A DNA stretch of 64,000 nucleotides from Clostridia bacterium (lineage in GTDB: Bacteria; Bacillota; Clostridia; UMGS1883), in contig JBJDXJ010000038.1 in NCBI GenBank assembly GCA_051866635.1, forward strand, positions 146,372-210,371, written 5' to 3'. Within the stretch, counting starts at the first letter, position 1. Every line of letters starts with the position of its first letter. The notes beneath the pieces are model-generated. The model was not told the origin of the DNA. It saw only the letters and a program-made list of their open reading frames with translations, and searched no databases. The translations under genes and the position numbers were made by a program. Positions 19,579 through 29,687 of this stretch are shown one piece after another.

Positions 19579-20592
19579 ATGATTGAAATAAAAAATGTAT
19601 CCAAAACTTTTAACACCGCAGAAGGAAAGGTTGAGGCTTTAAAAAATGTGTCTCTGACCATTCCCGACGGAGATATCTTTGGAATTATAGGCATGAGTGG
19701 AGCCGGGAAAAGCACCCTTGTGCGGTGTATAAATATGCTGGAGCGACCGACTGAAGGCAGCTGTATAATAGACGGATGCGACATAGGGAAGCTGAATGAA
19801 AAAGAGCTTAGAAATGTTCGCCGCGAAATTACAATGATATTTCAGGGATTCAATCTTTTAATGCAGAAAAACTGTCTTAAAAATGTGTGCTTTCCCTTGG
19901 AATTGGCAGGTGTAAAAAAAGCAGAAGCCAAAAAGAGGGCACTTGAACTTTTGGAAATTGTAGGTCTTAGCGATAAAGCCAAGGCGTACCCCTCCGAGCT
20001 TTCAGGCGGTCAACAGCAGAGAGTTGCCATTGCACGTGCTCTTGCCACAAACCCAAAGGTTTTACTTTGTGATGAAGCTACCAGTGCACTTGACCCTCAA
20101 ACCACAAATTCAATTCTGGATTTAATCCGCAGTATTAACCAAAAGCTTGGTATTACGGTAATTATTATAACCCACCAGATGAGCGTTGTGGAAAATATAT
20201 GTAAGCATGTGGCTATTTTAGACGGGGGATGTGTTGTGGAGCAAGGTGAGGTTACAGAGGTTTTTACACACCCCAAATCAAAGGCGGCACAAAGTCTTGT
20301 TTTCCCTGAGGGAGATATAAATTCCACTTTGGTGAAAAATCCGGGCGAAAGGTTTATCCGTGTTGTTTTTAGCGGAACTGATGCAACCGGGACACCGCTT
20401 ATTGCCCATATGGCAACAAAAAAAGGCATAGAGGCAAATATTGCTTATGCTTCAACAAAAAGCATTAACGGAAAGGCTTACGGGTCTATGCTGTTGGGCA
20501 TTTCGGGAGATGACAGCAAGGTAAATGAGGCGATTGATTATTTAACCAAAGCTTCCGGAGTTATTGCAGAGGAGGTGCAAAAGGATGAATAA
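19579..20592 (+). CDS. metN: Methionine ABC transporter ATPase with NIL domain
   Basis: GMSGAGKST, LSGGQQQRV, LLCDEATSALDP. Confidence 0.92.
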   Translation: MIEIKNVSKTFNTAEGKVEALKNVSLTIPDGDIFGIIGMSGAGKSTLVRCINMLERPTEGSCIIDGCDIGKLNEKELRNVRREITMIFQGFNLLMQKNCLKNVCFPLELAGVKKAEAKKRALELLEIVGLSDKAKAYPSELSGGQQQRVAIARALATNPKVLLCDEATSALDPQTTNSILDLIRSINQKLGITVIIITHQMSVVENICKHVAILDGGCVVEQGEVTEVFTHPKSKAAQSLVFPEGDINSTLVKNPGERFIRVVFSGTDATGTPLIAHMATKKGIEANIAYASTKSINGKAYGSMLLGISGDDSKVNEAIDYLTKASGVIAEEVQKDE

Positions 20593-21298
20593 CGGTATTT
20601 TCTCTGCTGAAGTATTGGCAGAAACATGGCAGATTTTAAAGATGCAGTTTCCCCTTGCAATATGGGAGACAGTTTATGTAACTGTTCTGGCAACTTTATT
20701 TGCTGTTATCATTGGGCTTCCCTTGGGCATTTTACTTGTTGTAGGCGAGAAAAAGGGCGTTTTGCCCCTTCCTTCTTGGATTATGCAAGCTTTGAATGCT
20801 ATTATAAACCTCTTAAGGTCTGTTCCGTTTCTAATTTTGATGATTTTGGTTTTTCCCCTTACCAGGCTAATTGTGGGAACGGTTGTGGGTACCGTGGCAT
20901 CTATTGTCCCCCTTGTTATAGCGGCATTTCCATTTGTGGCGAGACTTGCGGAAAGCAGTTTAAGAGAGGTTAACCCCAACACCATCGAAATGGCACAAAG
21001 CATGGGTGCATCACCGTTACAGATTATTGTAAAAGTAATGATACCTGAGAGTATGCCCTCACTTATATCAAACGGTGCAATTGCAATTACCACCATTTTG
21101 GGCTACAGTGCAATGAGTGGTATCATAGGCGGCGGTGGACTTGGAAAAATTGCCATAAACTACGGTTATTACAGATATAAATATCTGATTATGCTCATAG
21201 CGGTTGCTTTGCTGATTGTTATTGTACAGATATTCCAGAGCATAGGAACCTCTCTGGCGGCAAAGTCAGATAAGAGACTGAAAAACAAATCGACATAA
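20585..21298 (+). CDS. metI: Methionine ABC permease
   Basis: NLLRSVPFLIL, GYSAMSGIIGGGGLG; start ATG 20585. Confidence 0.92.
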   Translation: MNNGIFSAEVLAETWQILKMQFPLAIWETVYVTVLATLFAVIIGLPLGILLVVGEKKGVLPLPSWIMQALNAIINLLRSVPFLILMILVFPLTRLIVGTVVGTVASIVPLVIAAFPFVARLAESSLREVNPNTIEMAQSMGASPLQIIVKVMIPESMPSLISNGAIAITTILGYSAMSGIIGGGGLGKIAINYGYYRYKYLIMLIAVALLIVIVQIFQSIGTSLAAKSDKRLKNKST

Positions 21299-21316
21299 GG
21301 AGATGCTTAGGAAGGT

Positions 21317-21982
21317 ATGCAGCTGAATTTGGATTTTTGCATGAAGTATTTACCCTTGTATATTGACGGGGCAAAATTGACTGTGCGGATTGCTTTTTTT
21401 GGAATTGCCATAGCTTTGGTTATAGGTATAATTTGTGCCATAGCGAAATATTACCGTGTACCTGCTTTGGAAAAAGTTATTTCTGTCTATATTGAGTTAA
21501 GCCGCAACACACCCCTTCTGGTTCAGCTGTTCTTTTTATACTTTGGTCTTCCGAAAGCCGGGATTTGTTTAAGTGCGGAAACCTGTGCCGTGGTGGGGTT
21601 GGCATTTTTAGGCGGCAGTTATATGGCAGAGAGTGTAAGAAGCGGATTGGAGTCTGTTGACAAAGTACAGCTTGAATCGGCACAAAGTCTTGGATTGTCA
21701 CCTTATCTTACAATGAAAGAAGTAATTCTCCCTCAGGCGTTGGCTGTATCTGTTCCCGGCATATGTGCAAATGTGATTTTTTTAATTAAGGAAACCTCGG
21801 TTGTAAGTGCAATTGCCCTTGCAGACCTTATGTATGTGACAAAAGATTTAATCGGCTTATATTATGAAACAGACGAAGCTTTAATTATGCTTGTTATTTT
21901 TTACCTGATTATTCTTCTGCCTGTTTCGGCTATAGCCTTGCTTTTGGAGAGGAGGTTTAGGTATGCCGGATTTGGGCATTAA
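21317..21982 (+). CDS. Polar amino acid ABC permease
   Basis: RNTPLLVQLFFLYFG, EAA-like loop, KETS. Confidence 0.9.
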   Translation: MQLNLDFCMKYLPLYIDGAKLTVRIAFFGIAIALVIGIICAIAKYYRVPALEKVISVYIELSRNTPLLVQLFFLYFGLPKAGICLSAETCAVVGLAFLGGSYMAESVRSGLESVDKVQLESAQSLGLSPYLTMKEVILPQALAVSVPGICANVIFLIKETSVVSAIALADLMYVTKDLIGLYYETDEALIMLVIFYLIILLPVSAIALLLERRFRYAGFGH

Positions 21983-22637
21983 TGTAATTTTCATGGGAAA
22001 TAATTTTTTGAGGTTACTGGGCGGACTTTGGGTAACTGTGAAAATAAGCCTTCTGGCTGTTATTATATCTGTTCCTTTAGGCATACTTTTTGGAATGTTT
22101 ATGACACTTAAAAACCCGCTTTGCAAAGCTGTAAGCAGATTTTATCTGGAGTTTATACGCATTATGCCACAACTTGTTTTACTCTTTATAGCCTATTTTG
22201 GTGTTACGAGGGCATTTGGAATAAACCTTTCAGCAGAATTCAGTGCAATTTTAGTGTTTACCCTTTGGGGAACGGCTGAAATGGGAGATTTGGTACGCGG
22301 TGCCCTTATAAGCATACCAAAGCACCAATATGACAGTGCTTTTGCCCTTGGTATGACTTCGGTGCAGACATTTGTATATATAGTTATTCCTCAGACAATA
22401 AGGCGTCTTATTCCCCTTACCATTAACCTTACAACAAGAATGATTAAAACAACGAGCCTTGTTGTTTTGATAGGTATAACGGAGGTTTTAAAGGTGGGAA
22501 AGCAGATTATAGACGCAAATCGTTTTGAATACCCTACAGCGGTATTGTGGGTATACGGCGTGATATTTCTTTTATATTTTCTTGCCTGTTGGCCCATTTC
22601 TGTTCTGGCAAAGAAATTGGAAAAAATCTGGGGGTGA
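21963..22637 (+). CDS. Polar amino acid ABC permease
   Basis: RIMPQLVLL, AEMGDLVRG, IKTTSL. Confidence 0.9.
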   Translation: MPDLGINVIFMGNNFLRLLGGLWVTVKISLLAVIISVPLGILFGMFMTLKNPLCKAVSRFYLEFIRIMPQLVLLFIAYFGVTRAFGINLSAEFSAILVFTLWGTAEMGDLVRGALISIPKHQYDSAFALGMTSVQTFVYIVIPQTIRRLIPLTINLTTRMIKTTSLVVLIGITEVLKVGKQIIDANRFEYPTAVLWVYGVIFLLYFLACWPISVLAKKLEKIWG

Positions 22638-22643
22638 TTGTAG

Positions 22644-23408
22644 GTGGAGAATAAAATTCAGCTTAAAATAACAAACCTTATTAAACGCTTTGGTGAAGAA
22701 ACAGTCCTTGACGGCATTGATTTAACTGTTCATAAAGGTGAAGTTGTGGTTGTTTTAGGCCCGTCGGGCTGTGGCAAAAGCACACTTTTACGCTGTATAA
22801 ACGGCTTAGAGAAATTAAGCGAGGGGGAAATCTTTCTGGGCGGTGAAAAGGTTAATGCAGAAAGCAAAGAAATAACAAGACTCAGACAAAAAATAGGCAT
22901 GGTTTTTCAAAGCTACGAGTTATTTCCCCATAAAAATATTATGGATAACATAACATTGGCACCTATAAAGGTCCAGAAACGCTCACGTGCAGATGCGGAA
23001 AAAGAGGCGGAAATCCTTTTAAAGCGGGTGGGTTTATGGGAAAAGAGAAAAGCCTATCCAAGAGAATTGTCAGGGGGACAAAAACAGCGTGCGGCAATTG
23101 TAAGGGCACTTTGTATGAACCCTGAGGTTATGCTCTTTGATGAAGTGACAGCCGCCCTTGACCCGGCAATGGTACATGAGGTTTTAGAGGTTATGATAGA
23201 GCTGGCAAAAAAGGGTATGACAATGGTAATTGTAACCCATGAAATGCAGTTTGCAAGGGCCATTGCTGACAGAATTGTTTTTCTGGAAAACGGAAAAATT
23301 GCCGAAGAAGCAGACCCTGAAGAATTTTTTACAAACCCGAAAACAGAGCTTGCAAAGGATTTTCTCTATACCTTTGCATATGAAAACCGCAGAATTAATA
23401 AGAATTAA
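22644..23408 (+). CDS. Polar amino acid ABC ATPase
   Basis: [27 protein letters not shown]. Confidence 0.92.
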   Translation: MENKIQLKITNLIKRFGEETVLDGIDLTVHKGEVVVVLGPSGCGKSTLLRCINGLEKLSEGEIFLGGEKVNAESKEITRLRQKIGMVFQSYELFPHKNIMDNITLAPIKVQKRSRADAEKEAEILLKRVGLWEKRKAYPRELSGGQKQRAAIVRALCMNPEVMLFDEVTAALDPAMVHEVLEVMIELAKKGMTMVIVTHEMQFARAIADRIVFLENGKIAEEADPEEFFTNPKTELAKDFLYTFAYENRRINKN

Positions 23409-23437
23409 TACTAATCTTAAGAAAGAAGGAATTTTTT

Positions 23438-24295
23438 ATGAAAACGAGAAAGGGTATTATAGGATTAATTGCCTTAGCACTGACTGCCATAGTTTTAATA
23501 TTCACTATTTCAGGGTGCGGAAAAAATGAGAAAAGTGCAGCTTCTTTTCGTTCTGTTGATGAAATTAAAGAAAGCGGAAAAATTGTAATTGGCGTATTCA
23601 GCGATAAAGCACCCTTCGGCTACGTTGATGAAAACGGAAAGTATCAGGGATATGATATTTATTTTGCAGAACGCATTGCAAAGGATTTGGGAGTTAGGGT
23701 TGAATATGTTTCCACAGACCCTGCCAGCCGTGTTGAATATGTGGCAACAGGTAAGGTTGATATCATCCTTGCAAACTTTACCGTAACGGAGGAGAGAGCA
23801 AAGCAAGTGGATTTTGCCCTTCCTTACATGAAGGTAATGCTTGGTGTCGTTTCTCCTGAGGACAATATTGTCAGAAATGTAAATGACCTTGTGGGCAAGA
23901 AACTTATTGTTGTTAAGGGTACAACGGCTGAAACATATTTTGAAAAAAATCACCCGGAGATAGAGCTTCAGAAATATGACGAATATGCAGATGCTTACAA
24001 CGCACTTCTTGACGGACGAGGAGACGCATTCTCAACAGATAATACAGAGGTGCTTGCGTGGGCACTTTCAAATCCCGGCTTTACTGTAGGCATTGATGCA
24101 CTTGGCAACGCCGATACAATTGCACCTGCTGTCCAAAAGGGAAATACAACACTTCTTGAATGGATAAATGCCGAAATTGAAAGGCTTGGTGAAGAAAATT
24201 TCTTCCACGAAGACTATGAAGAAACCTTAAAACCCGTATACGGCGATGCGGCAGACCCCGAAGCTTTGGTTGTAGAAGGCGGAAATGTAGATTAA
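23438..24295 (+). CDS. Cysteine/amino acid-binding lipoprotein (CjaA-like)
   Basis: Lipobox ISGC; GVFSDKAPFGYVD, ILANFTVT, DFALPYMKV. Confidence 0.85.
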   Translation: MKTRKGIIGLIALALTAIVLIFTISGCGKNEKSAASFRSVDEIKESGKIVIGVFSDKAPFGYVDENGKYQGYDIYFAERIAKDLGVRVEYVSTDPASRVEYVATGKVDIILANFTVTEERAKQVDFALPYMKVMLGVVSPEDNIVRNVNDLVGKKLIVVKGTTAETYFEKNHPEIELQKYDEYADAYNALLDGRGDAFSTDNTEVLAWALSNPGFTVGIDALGNADTIAPAVQKGNTTLLEWINAEIERLGEENFFHEDYEETLKPVYGDAADPEALVVEGGNVD

Positions 24296-24299
24296 AATA

Positions 24300-24334
24300 A
24301 AAGACTCCTGTGCAAAAATTGCACGGGAGTTTTT
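24300..24334 (+). terminator. Intrinsic terminator
   Basis: gactcctgtgcaa-aaa-ttgcacgggagtttttg. Confidence 0.7.
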
Positions 24335-24345
24335 GTGGAATTTAA

Positions 24346-25278
24346 ATGGAGGACAAGACAATGACCGTTCGTGAAGTTCAGGAGGAAATTCTGAGAATAA
24401 AGAAGGAAAAAAATATTTGTATTCTTGCCCATGCGTATCAAAGTCAGGATATATGGGATGTTGCCGATTATGTGGGGGATTCCTTTGGGTTAAGCCAACA
24501 AGCGGCTTTGACAAAAGCTTCGGTGGTTATTATGTGCGGTGTGCGGTTTATGGCAGAAACAGTGAAAATTCTATCCCCTGAAAAGAAGGTTATTCTGGCA
24601 AATGGCACAGCAGGCTGTCCTATGGCAGAGCAGATGGACACAGATTTGATTTTACAGCTTAAACAAAGCTTCCCCGACTACACGGTGGTAGGGTATATAA
24701 ATACAACCGCAGAGCTGAAAACAATATGCGATGTTTGTGTAACAAGTTCATCTGCACTTAAGATTATAAAAAACATTGAAAACGATAAAATACTTTTTAT
24801 ACCTGACTGCAATTTAGGGCATTGGATTTCAAAACAAGTCCCCGAAAAAACAATAAAGCTTATAAGCGGTGGATGTCCAACCCATTTAAGAATTACAAAA
24901 CATGATGTGGAAAAGGCACGAAATCTTTATCCTAAAGCACTTATGCTTGTGCATCCGGAATGTCACCCTACTGTTGTTGAAAAGGCGGATTTTGTGGGCA
25001 GTACAACGGAAATAACAGACTTTGCGGTAAACAGCCTTGGCACGGAATTTATTATCGGCACAGAAAACAGTATTGTGGAGCATTTGCAGTTTTTGTGCGA
25101 GGACAAGAAGTTTGTGCCCTTGTCTAAGGACTGTGTATGCCACAATATGAAAGCCACAACACTGGTGGATGTATATAATTCTGTTAAAGGCTTAGGTGGC
25201 GAAGAAATAAATCTTTCGGAGGATGTTATCAGCAAGGCAGTTAGGTGTATAGATGAAATGATGAGGTTGGGAAAATGA
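24346..25278 (+). CDS. nadA: Quinolinate synthase
   Basis: LAHAYQ, GDS, CGVRFMAE, AGCPMA, HPEC, C-x-NMK. Confidence 0.92.
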   Translation: MEDKTMTVREVQEEILRIKKEKNICILAHAYQSQDIWDVADYVGDSFGLSQQAALTKASVVIMCGVRFMAETVKILSPEKKVILANGTAGCPMAEQMDTDLILQLKQSFPDYTVVGYINTTAELKTICDVCVTSSSALKIIKNIENDKILFIPDCNLGHWISKQVPEKTIKLISGGCPTHLRITKHDVEKARNLYPKALMLVHPECHPTVVEKADFVGSTTEITDFAVNSLGTEFIIGTENSIVEHLQFLCEDKKFVPLSKDCVCHNMKATTLVDVYNSVKGLGGEEINLSEDVISKAVRCIDEMMRLGK

Positions 25279-26345
25279 GTAAAGCTTTGATTGCAATGAG
25301 TGGAGGAGTGGACTCCAGTGTTGCATCTTGCCTGATGGCAGAAAAAGGGTTTGATTGTATGGGCGTGACAATGAAACTGTTTCACAATGAGGATATAGGT
25401 CTGTCAAGGGAACATAGTTGCTGTTCTTTGGAGGATGTGGAAGACGCAAGAAGTGTGGCATATAGCTTGGGCATGCCATATTATGTCTTTAACTTTACCA
25501 ATCGCTTTCGTGAATGTGTAATAGATAAATTTGTACAGGCATATGAAAACGGTATTACGCCAAATCCCTGTATCGACTGTAACAGATATCTGAAATTTGA
25601 CAAGCTTTTTTGGCGTATGAAGGAGCTTGATTATGATTATGTTGTAACAGGTCATTATGCCCGTATTGAATATGATTCTGCTACGGACAGGTATTTGTTA
25701 AAGAAGGCCATTGACAATGATAAAGACCAAAGCTATGTGCTTTATACAATGACACAGGAACAGTTAAAACATACTTTGTTCCCTCTCGGAGAATTGACAA
25801 AGCCAAAGGTTCGGGAAATAGCAAAAAAACACAGATTTATCAATGCCGATAAGCGCGACAGCCAGGATATTTGTTTTGTGACAAATGGAAAATACACTGA
25901 TTTTATAAAACAATATACTTCAAAAGATTATCCCGAAGGTGACTTTGTGGATATGAACGGGAAAATTTTAGGTACGCATAAAGGGATAATCCATTATACA
26001 ATCGGACAACGCAAAGGATTGAATATTTCAGCCGGCGTTCCTCTGTATGTTTGTGACATCAACGCAAAAGAGAACAAAGTCATACTTGGCACAGAAAATG
26101 AACTGTATCGAAAAGAACTTGTTGCAAAAGATATAAATATGATTTCTGTTCCTTGTATAGAAAAGCCTGTAAGACTGCAAGTAAAAGTGCGTTACCGCCA
26201 TCCTATGCAGTGGGCGACTGTGACACAAATGGATAGCGATGTTTTAAAAATTGAATTTGATGAACCTCAAAAGGCTATTACAAAAGGGCAATCTGTTGTT
26301 CTGTACGATAACGACATTGTCGTTGGCGGTGGAATAATACAGTAA
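25275..26345 (+). CDS. mnmA: tRNA 2-thiouridylase
   Basis: AMSGGVDSSV, TPNPCIDCN, TGHYA, KDQSY, DSQDICF. Confidence 0.95.
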   Translation: MSKALIAMSGGVDSSVASCLMAEKGFDCMGVTMKLFHNEDIGLSREHSCCSLEDVEDARSVAYSLGMPYYVFNFTNRFRECVIDKFVQAYENGITPNPCIDCNRYLKFDKLFWRMKELDYDYVVTGHYARIEYDSATDRYLLKKAIDNDKDQSYVLYTMTQEQLKHTLFPLGELTKPKVREIAKKHRFINADKRDSQDICFVTNGKYTDFIKQYTSKDYPEGDFVDMNGKILGTHKGIIHYTIGQRKGLNISAGVPLYVCDINAKENKVILGTENELYRKELVAKDINMISVPCIEKPVRLQVKVRYRHPMQWATVTQMDSDVLKIEFDEPQKAITKGQSVVLYDNDIVVGGGIIQ

Positions 26346-26448
26346 GCTTTAACCTGCCTGAAATGGGATAATACTAAACAGAGATTGCTTTTTCTATGTG
26401 GCAGATGTGCCGGGAAAGATGATTGAAAGCGATTGGGTATAACGGTTG

Positions 26449-26578
26449 AAAAAAGGCAGTACAACACTTCTGGAATGGCTAAATGACGAAATTGACCGTT
26501 CATGAAGTTCATAAGAAATTCTGAGAATAAAGAAGGAAAAAATATTTATATTCTTGCCCATGCTTATCAAAGCAAGGT
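26449..26578 (+). pseudogene. Fused remnants of binding-protein 3' part and nadA 5' part
   Basis: 26449-26495 resembles 24135-24180; 26493-26578 resembles 24362-24450. Confidence 0.7.
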
Positions 26579-27226
26579 AAATTTGTTTTTTTCAAACCTG
26601 ATAAAACCTTCATCACGCATTTTGCACAGCTCTTTTGACATTGCACTTCTATCTACGGACAAAAAATCCGCAAGCTGCTGGCGGTTGAAGGGAATAGTAA
26701 AACTATTGCTTTTTTGTCTGTTTGCTTCTTCGGAAAGGTAAGATATAAGTTTTTCTCTTGTTGAACGTTTTGACATATGCCCCAGCTTTCTTACCAGTTT
26801 TCTGTTTTTTTCGGATATTTCAAAAAACAGATTTTGTACAACTGCGGAATGAAATCTGCAAGCGGATGGACAGGTTGTCAATATTTTATTAATATCAAGG
26901 AAAAGCACTGTACAGTCATCAGATGCAATAACATCATTTAAAAGTGTGCAGCTTTCAGCTGCGGCGTACGCTTCGCCGAACAGCTCGCCTGCACCTACAA
27001 TATTTATAATACTTAAATTACCCCAGTAATCCTCTCTTTGAATTAGAAGAGAGCCTTCCGCCAAAAGGGTGATATGGCTTATATGGTCGCCTTGCCTGAA
27101 CACATATTCACCTTTCTTATAATGGCACATCTTTGCTCCGAGGCAGTTCAGCATTGTCAGGATTTCATCTTCACTTATTCCTAAAAACAGTTTTGTATGT
27201 TTTAATATTGGGATATATTTTTTCAT
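26567..27226 (-). CDS. Crp/Fnr-family regulator (HcpR-like)
   Basis: cNMP-binding fold (GELFGE) and HTH RQQLADFLSVDRSAMS; start MKKYIP with RBS gaggt. Confidence 0.9.
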   Translation of the reverse strand: MKKYIPILKHTKLFLGISEDEILTMLNCLGAKMCHYKKGEYVFRQGDHISHITLLAEGSLLIQREDYWGNLSIINIVGAGELFGEAYAAAESCTLLNDVIASDDCTVLFLDINKILTTCPSACRFHSAVVQNLFFEISEKNRKLVRKLGHMSKRSTREKLISYLSEEANRQKSNSFTIPFNRQQLADFLSVDRSAMSKELCKMRDEGFIRFEKNKFTLL

Positions 27227-27313
27227 AAAGACCTCATTTCGTTGCAAAAACAACAGACTTGTTTTATTTATTGTAATATAATTGTGTCATAAAAACAACA
27301 GGAGGACACAAAA

Positions 27314-28006
27314 ATGATAAGAAAAATAATAAGAATTGATGAATCAAGGTGCAACGGATGCGGTGCGTGTGCTTTAGCCTGCCATGAAGGTGCAATTGAA
27401 ATGATAAACGGTAAAGCTAAACTGACCAGGGAGGATTACTGCGATGGGCTTGGCGACTGCCTACCTGCTTGTCCGAAAAATGCTATAAGCTTTGAAGAAA
27501 GAGAAACCCCTCAATACGATGAAGCGGCAGTTAAAAAAGCTCAAATGCAAAAGAAGGATGCGACTTTGCCCTGCGGATGCCCGGGAACACAGTCAAAAGC
27601 CATAGTCCGCAAGGAGAAATGCATAGAAAATAAATCCGTGGAAAGTGAGCTTTGTCAGTGGCCGGTACAAATAAAGCTGGTGCCTGTAAACGCACCTTAT
27701 TTTGAAAATGCAAATCTTTTGATTGCGGCAGACTGCACCGCCTATGCTTACGGAAATTTTCATTATGAATTTATAAGAAACCATATAACCCTCATTGGAT
27801 GCCCAAAACTTGACGAGGGAGACTATACCGAGAAATTGACAGAGATTATTTCAAACAATGAAGTTAAAAGTGTGACTGTTGTCCGCATGGAGGTACCCTG
27901 TTGCGGCGGAATAGAAAATGCGGCAAAAAATGCAATTAAAGAAAGCGGCAAATTTATACCCTGGAGAGTTGTTACAATTTCCACAGACGGAAGGATAATA
28001 GATTAA
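27314..28006 (+). CDS. 4Fe-4S dicluster protein
   Basis: CNGCGACALAC, CDGLGDCLPACP, GCPG, QWPVQ, GCPKLD, MEVPCC. Confidence 0.9.
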   Translation: MIRKIIRIDESRCNGCGACALACHEGAIEMINGKAKLTREDYCDGLGDCLPACPKNAISFEERETPQYDEAAVKKAQMQKKDATLPCGCPGTQSKAIVRKEKCIENKSVESELCQWPVQIKLVPVNAPYFENANLLIAADCTAYAYGNFHYEFIRNHITLIGCPKLDEGDYTEKLTEIISNNEVKSVTVVRMEVPCCGGIENAAKNAIKESGKFIPWRVVTISTDGRIID

Positions 28007-28210
28007 TATAAAGGTGCGATGCCCCCTGTAAGTTGGATTTATTAATTCTGATTTACGGGGGGCATTATATGTGTTATGGTGCTGCACGACAGGCAGACAA
28101 AATATTTATGGAAACATAAGCCCGCTTATAAAGCCGAGAAAAAGATGAATTCTCTCTTGAATTTAACAGAAACGTGCAATAAAGGTAAGTATATTTACAA
28201 TTTATAAATA

Positions 28211-28250
28211 AAAAATGCCTTGTAACCGTAAAAAGTTGCAGGGCATTTTT
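28211..28250. terminator. Bidirectional terminator
   Basis: aaaaatgccttgtaac..gttgcagggcattttt. Confidence 0.7.
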
Positions 28251-28337
28251 ATGCATTCAGGTATAATTCAATTCATAATCAATGGAAATAAACACTTTAT
28301 CTGATATAGTTACAATACAAGTTTGCAAACTTATTAA

Positions 28338-28363
28338 GTCCGTAAACTAAATATTTTCGGACA
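28338..28363 (+). repeat. Left inverted repeat of invertible segment
   Basis: gtccgtaaactaaatattttcggaca, exact reverse complement of 29662-29687. Confidence 0.95.
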
Positions 28364-28434
28364 GCGTAAAAATCTGCATTATTACTGAATTTTACGGCTT
28401 TTTATATCTAATGACAGCATAAGATGTTAAAATG

Positions 28435-28463
28435 ATTGTAGCACACAAACTGCGGTAAATCAA
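28435..28463 (-). promoter_or_regulatory. Outward-facing sigmaA promoter inside invertible segment
   Basis: Minus strand TTGATT-17 bp-(TG)cTACAAT. Confidence 0.7.
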
Positions 28464-28550
28464 GTGTTTTGTCAAGTTTCTCCATTTTGTACAAAAATAT
28501 TTTGTTTTATTCTCAGTCAGTATTGTAGTCAGATGAAAGGAAGTGTTGTT

Positions 28551-29603
28551 ATGGCTCGCAGAGGTGAAAATATTTATAAGCGTAAAGACGGTCGTTACGA
28601 GGGCAGATATATAAAATATTACGATATGTCCGGCAAGGCTGTTTACGGATATATTTATTCAAAAAGCTATATGGAAATCAAAGAAAGACTCGCAAAGTGT
28701 AAAACGGAAAGACAATCAGAAATTAAGGATTCAAACACTTTGCTTTGCGATTGGCTTGAAATATGGATGATGTCGCAAGGACTTTTAAAACCTACTACCA
28801 AAAGAGTTTATAAAAGCCATATTAAAAACCATATCAATCCGCAAATTGGTAATATTCCGCTAAAAAAGCTAAATGCCGAAATTTTGCAGAATTTTATAAA
28901 CAGTTTGGAGTTGTCTGCTTCAACGATAAAAACAGTATTCAGTACATTAAAATCTGCATTATCAGAAGCAGAAGATAAAGGATTTATAACAAATGTATGG
29001 AGTAAGGTTAAATTACCCAAAAAGGATATATCAATAGTTCGGGTTTTATCGGCAGCAGAACAGCAACGGCTTGAAAAAGTATTAATAGACGGTGTCGATA
29101 TGGGTATTTTAATTTGTTTATATACAGGGCTTCGTATAGGGGAATTGTGTGCGTTAAAATGGTCGGATATTAACTTTGAATTGTCAATACTGACTGTAAA
29201 CGGAACACAGGCAAGAACAGAAAACGGTGTTGAAATTATATCTCCAAAGAGCAAGAGCTCAAAAAGAGAAATTCCTATACCGCCGTTTCTTCTTGATAAA
29301 ATCAAGTCACTACCACGAAAAGGTAAGTTTGTTGTTTCAAAATACGGAAAGCCTTTTGATGTCCGCACTTACAGGAGGCATTTCAAAAAAATATTGAAAA
29401 AAGCGAATTTGCCGGATATAAAATTTCATTCCCTGAGGCACACATTTTCAACCCGTGCTTTAGAGGTGGGTATGGATTATAAAACCTTGTCGGAAATTCT
29501 CGGTCATTCATCGGTAGCAATTACTCTTGATTTGTATGCACATTCTCTTAAAGAGCATAAGAAAAATCAGATGTGCAAGCTCGTCGAAATTTATAATTCA
29601 TAG
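28551..29603 (+). CDS. Tyrosine recombinase/invertase
   Basis: Start MARRGENIYKRKDGR with RBS aaaggaag; TGLRIGE, PKS, HSLRH, LGH, LYAH catalytic set intact. Confidence 0.95.
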   Translation: MARRGENIYKRKDGRYEGRYIKYYDMSGKAVYGYIYSKSYMEIKERLAKCKTERQSEIKDSNTLLCDWLEIWMMSQGLLKPTTKRVYKSHIKNHINPQIGNIPLKKLNAEILQNFINSLELSASTIKTVFSTLKSALSEAEDKGFITNVWSKVKLPKKDISIVRVLSAAEQQRLEKVLIDGVDMGILICLYTGLRIGELCALKWSDINFELSILTVNGTQARTENGVEIISPKSKSSKREIPIPPFLLDKIKSLPRKGKFVVSKYGKPFDVRTYRRHFKKILKKANLPDIKFHSLRHTFSTRALEVGMDYKTLSEILGHSSVAITLDLYAHSLKEHKKNQMCKLVEIYNS

Positions 29604-29620
29604 TCAAAGTTTATAGTCAG

Positions 29621-29662
29621 AAAGGCGTAAAGGCTGATTAAATCACAGTCTTTACGCTTTTT
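29621..29662 (+). terminator. Terminator between recombinase and right inverted repeat
   Basis: aaaggcgtaaaggctg..cagtctttacgcttttt. Confidence 0.7.
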
Positions 29663-29687
29663 GTCCGAAAATATTTAGTTTACGGAC
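29662..29687 (-). repeat. Right inverted repeat of invertible segment
   Basis: tgtccgaaaatatttagtttacggac. Confidence 0.95.

Noticed and set aside
28551-29603. Integrase of the guaA or cotJC islands or a prophage
   Set aside because: It has its own inverted core sites unrelated to either att sequence, and no phage or conjugation genes are present; trans activity is not formally excluded
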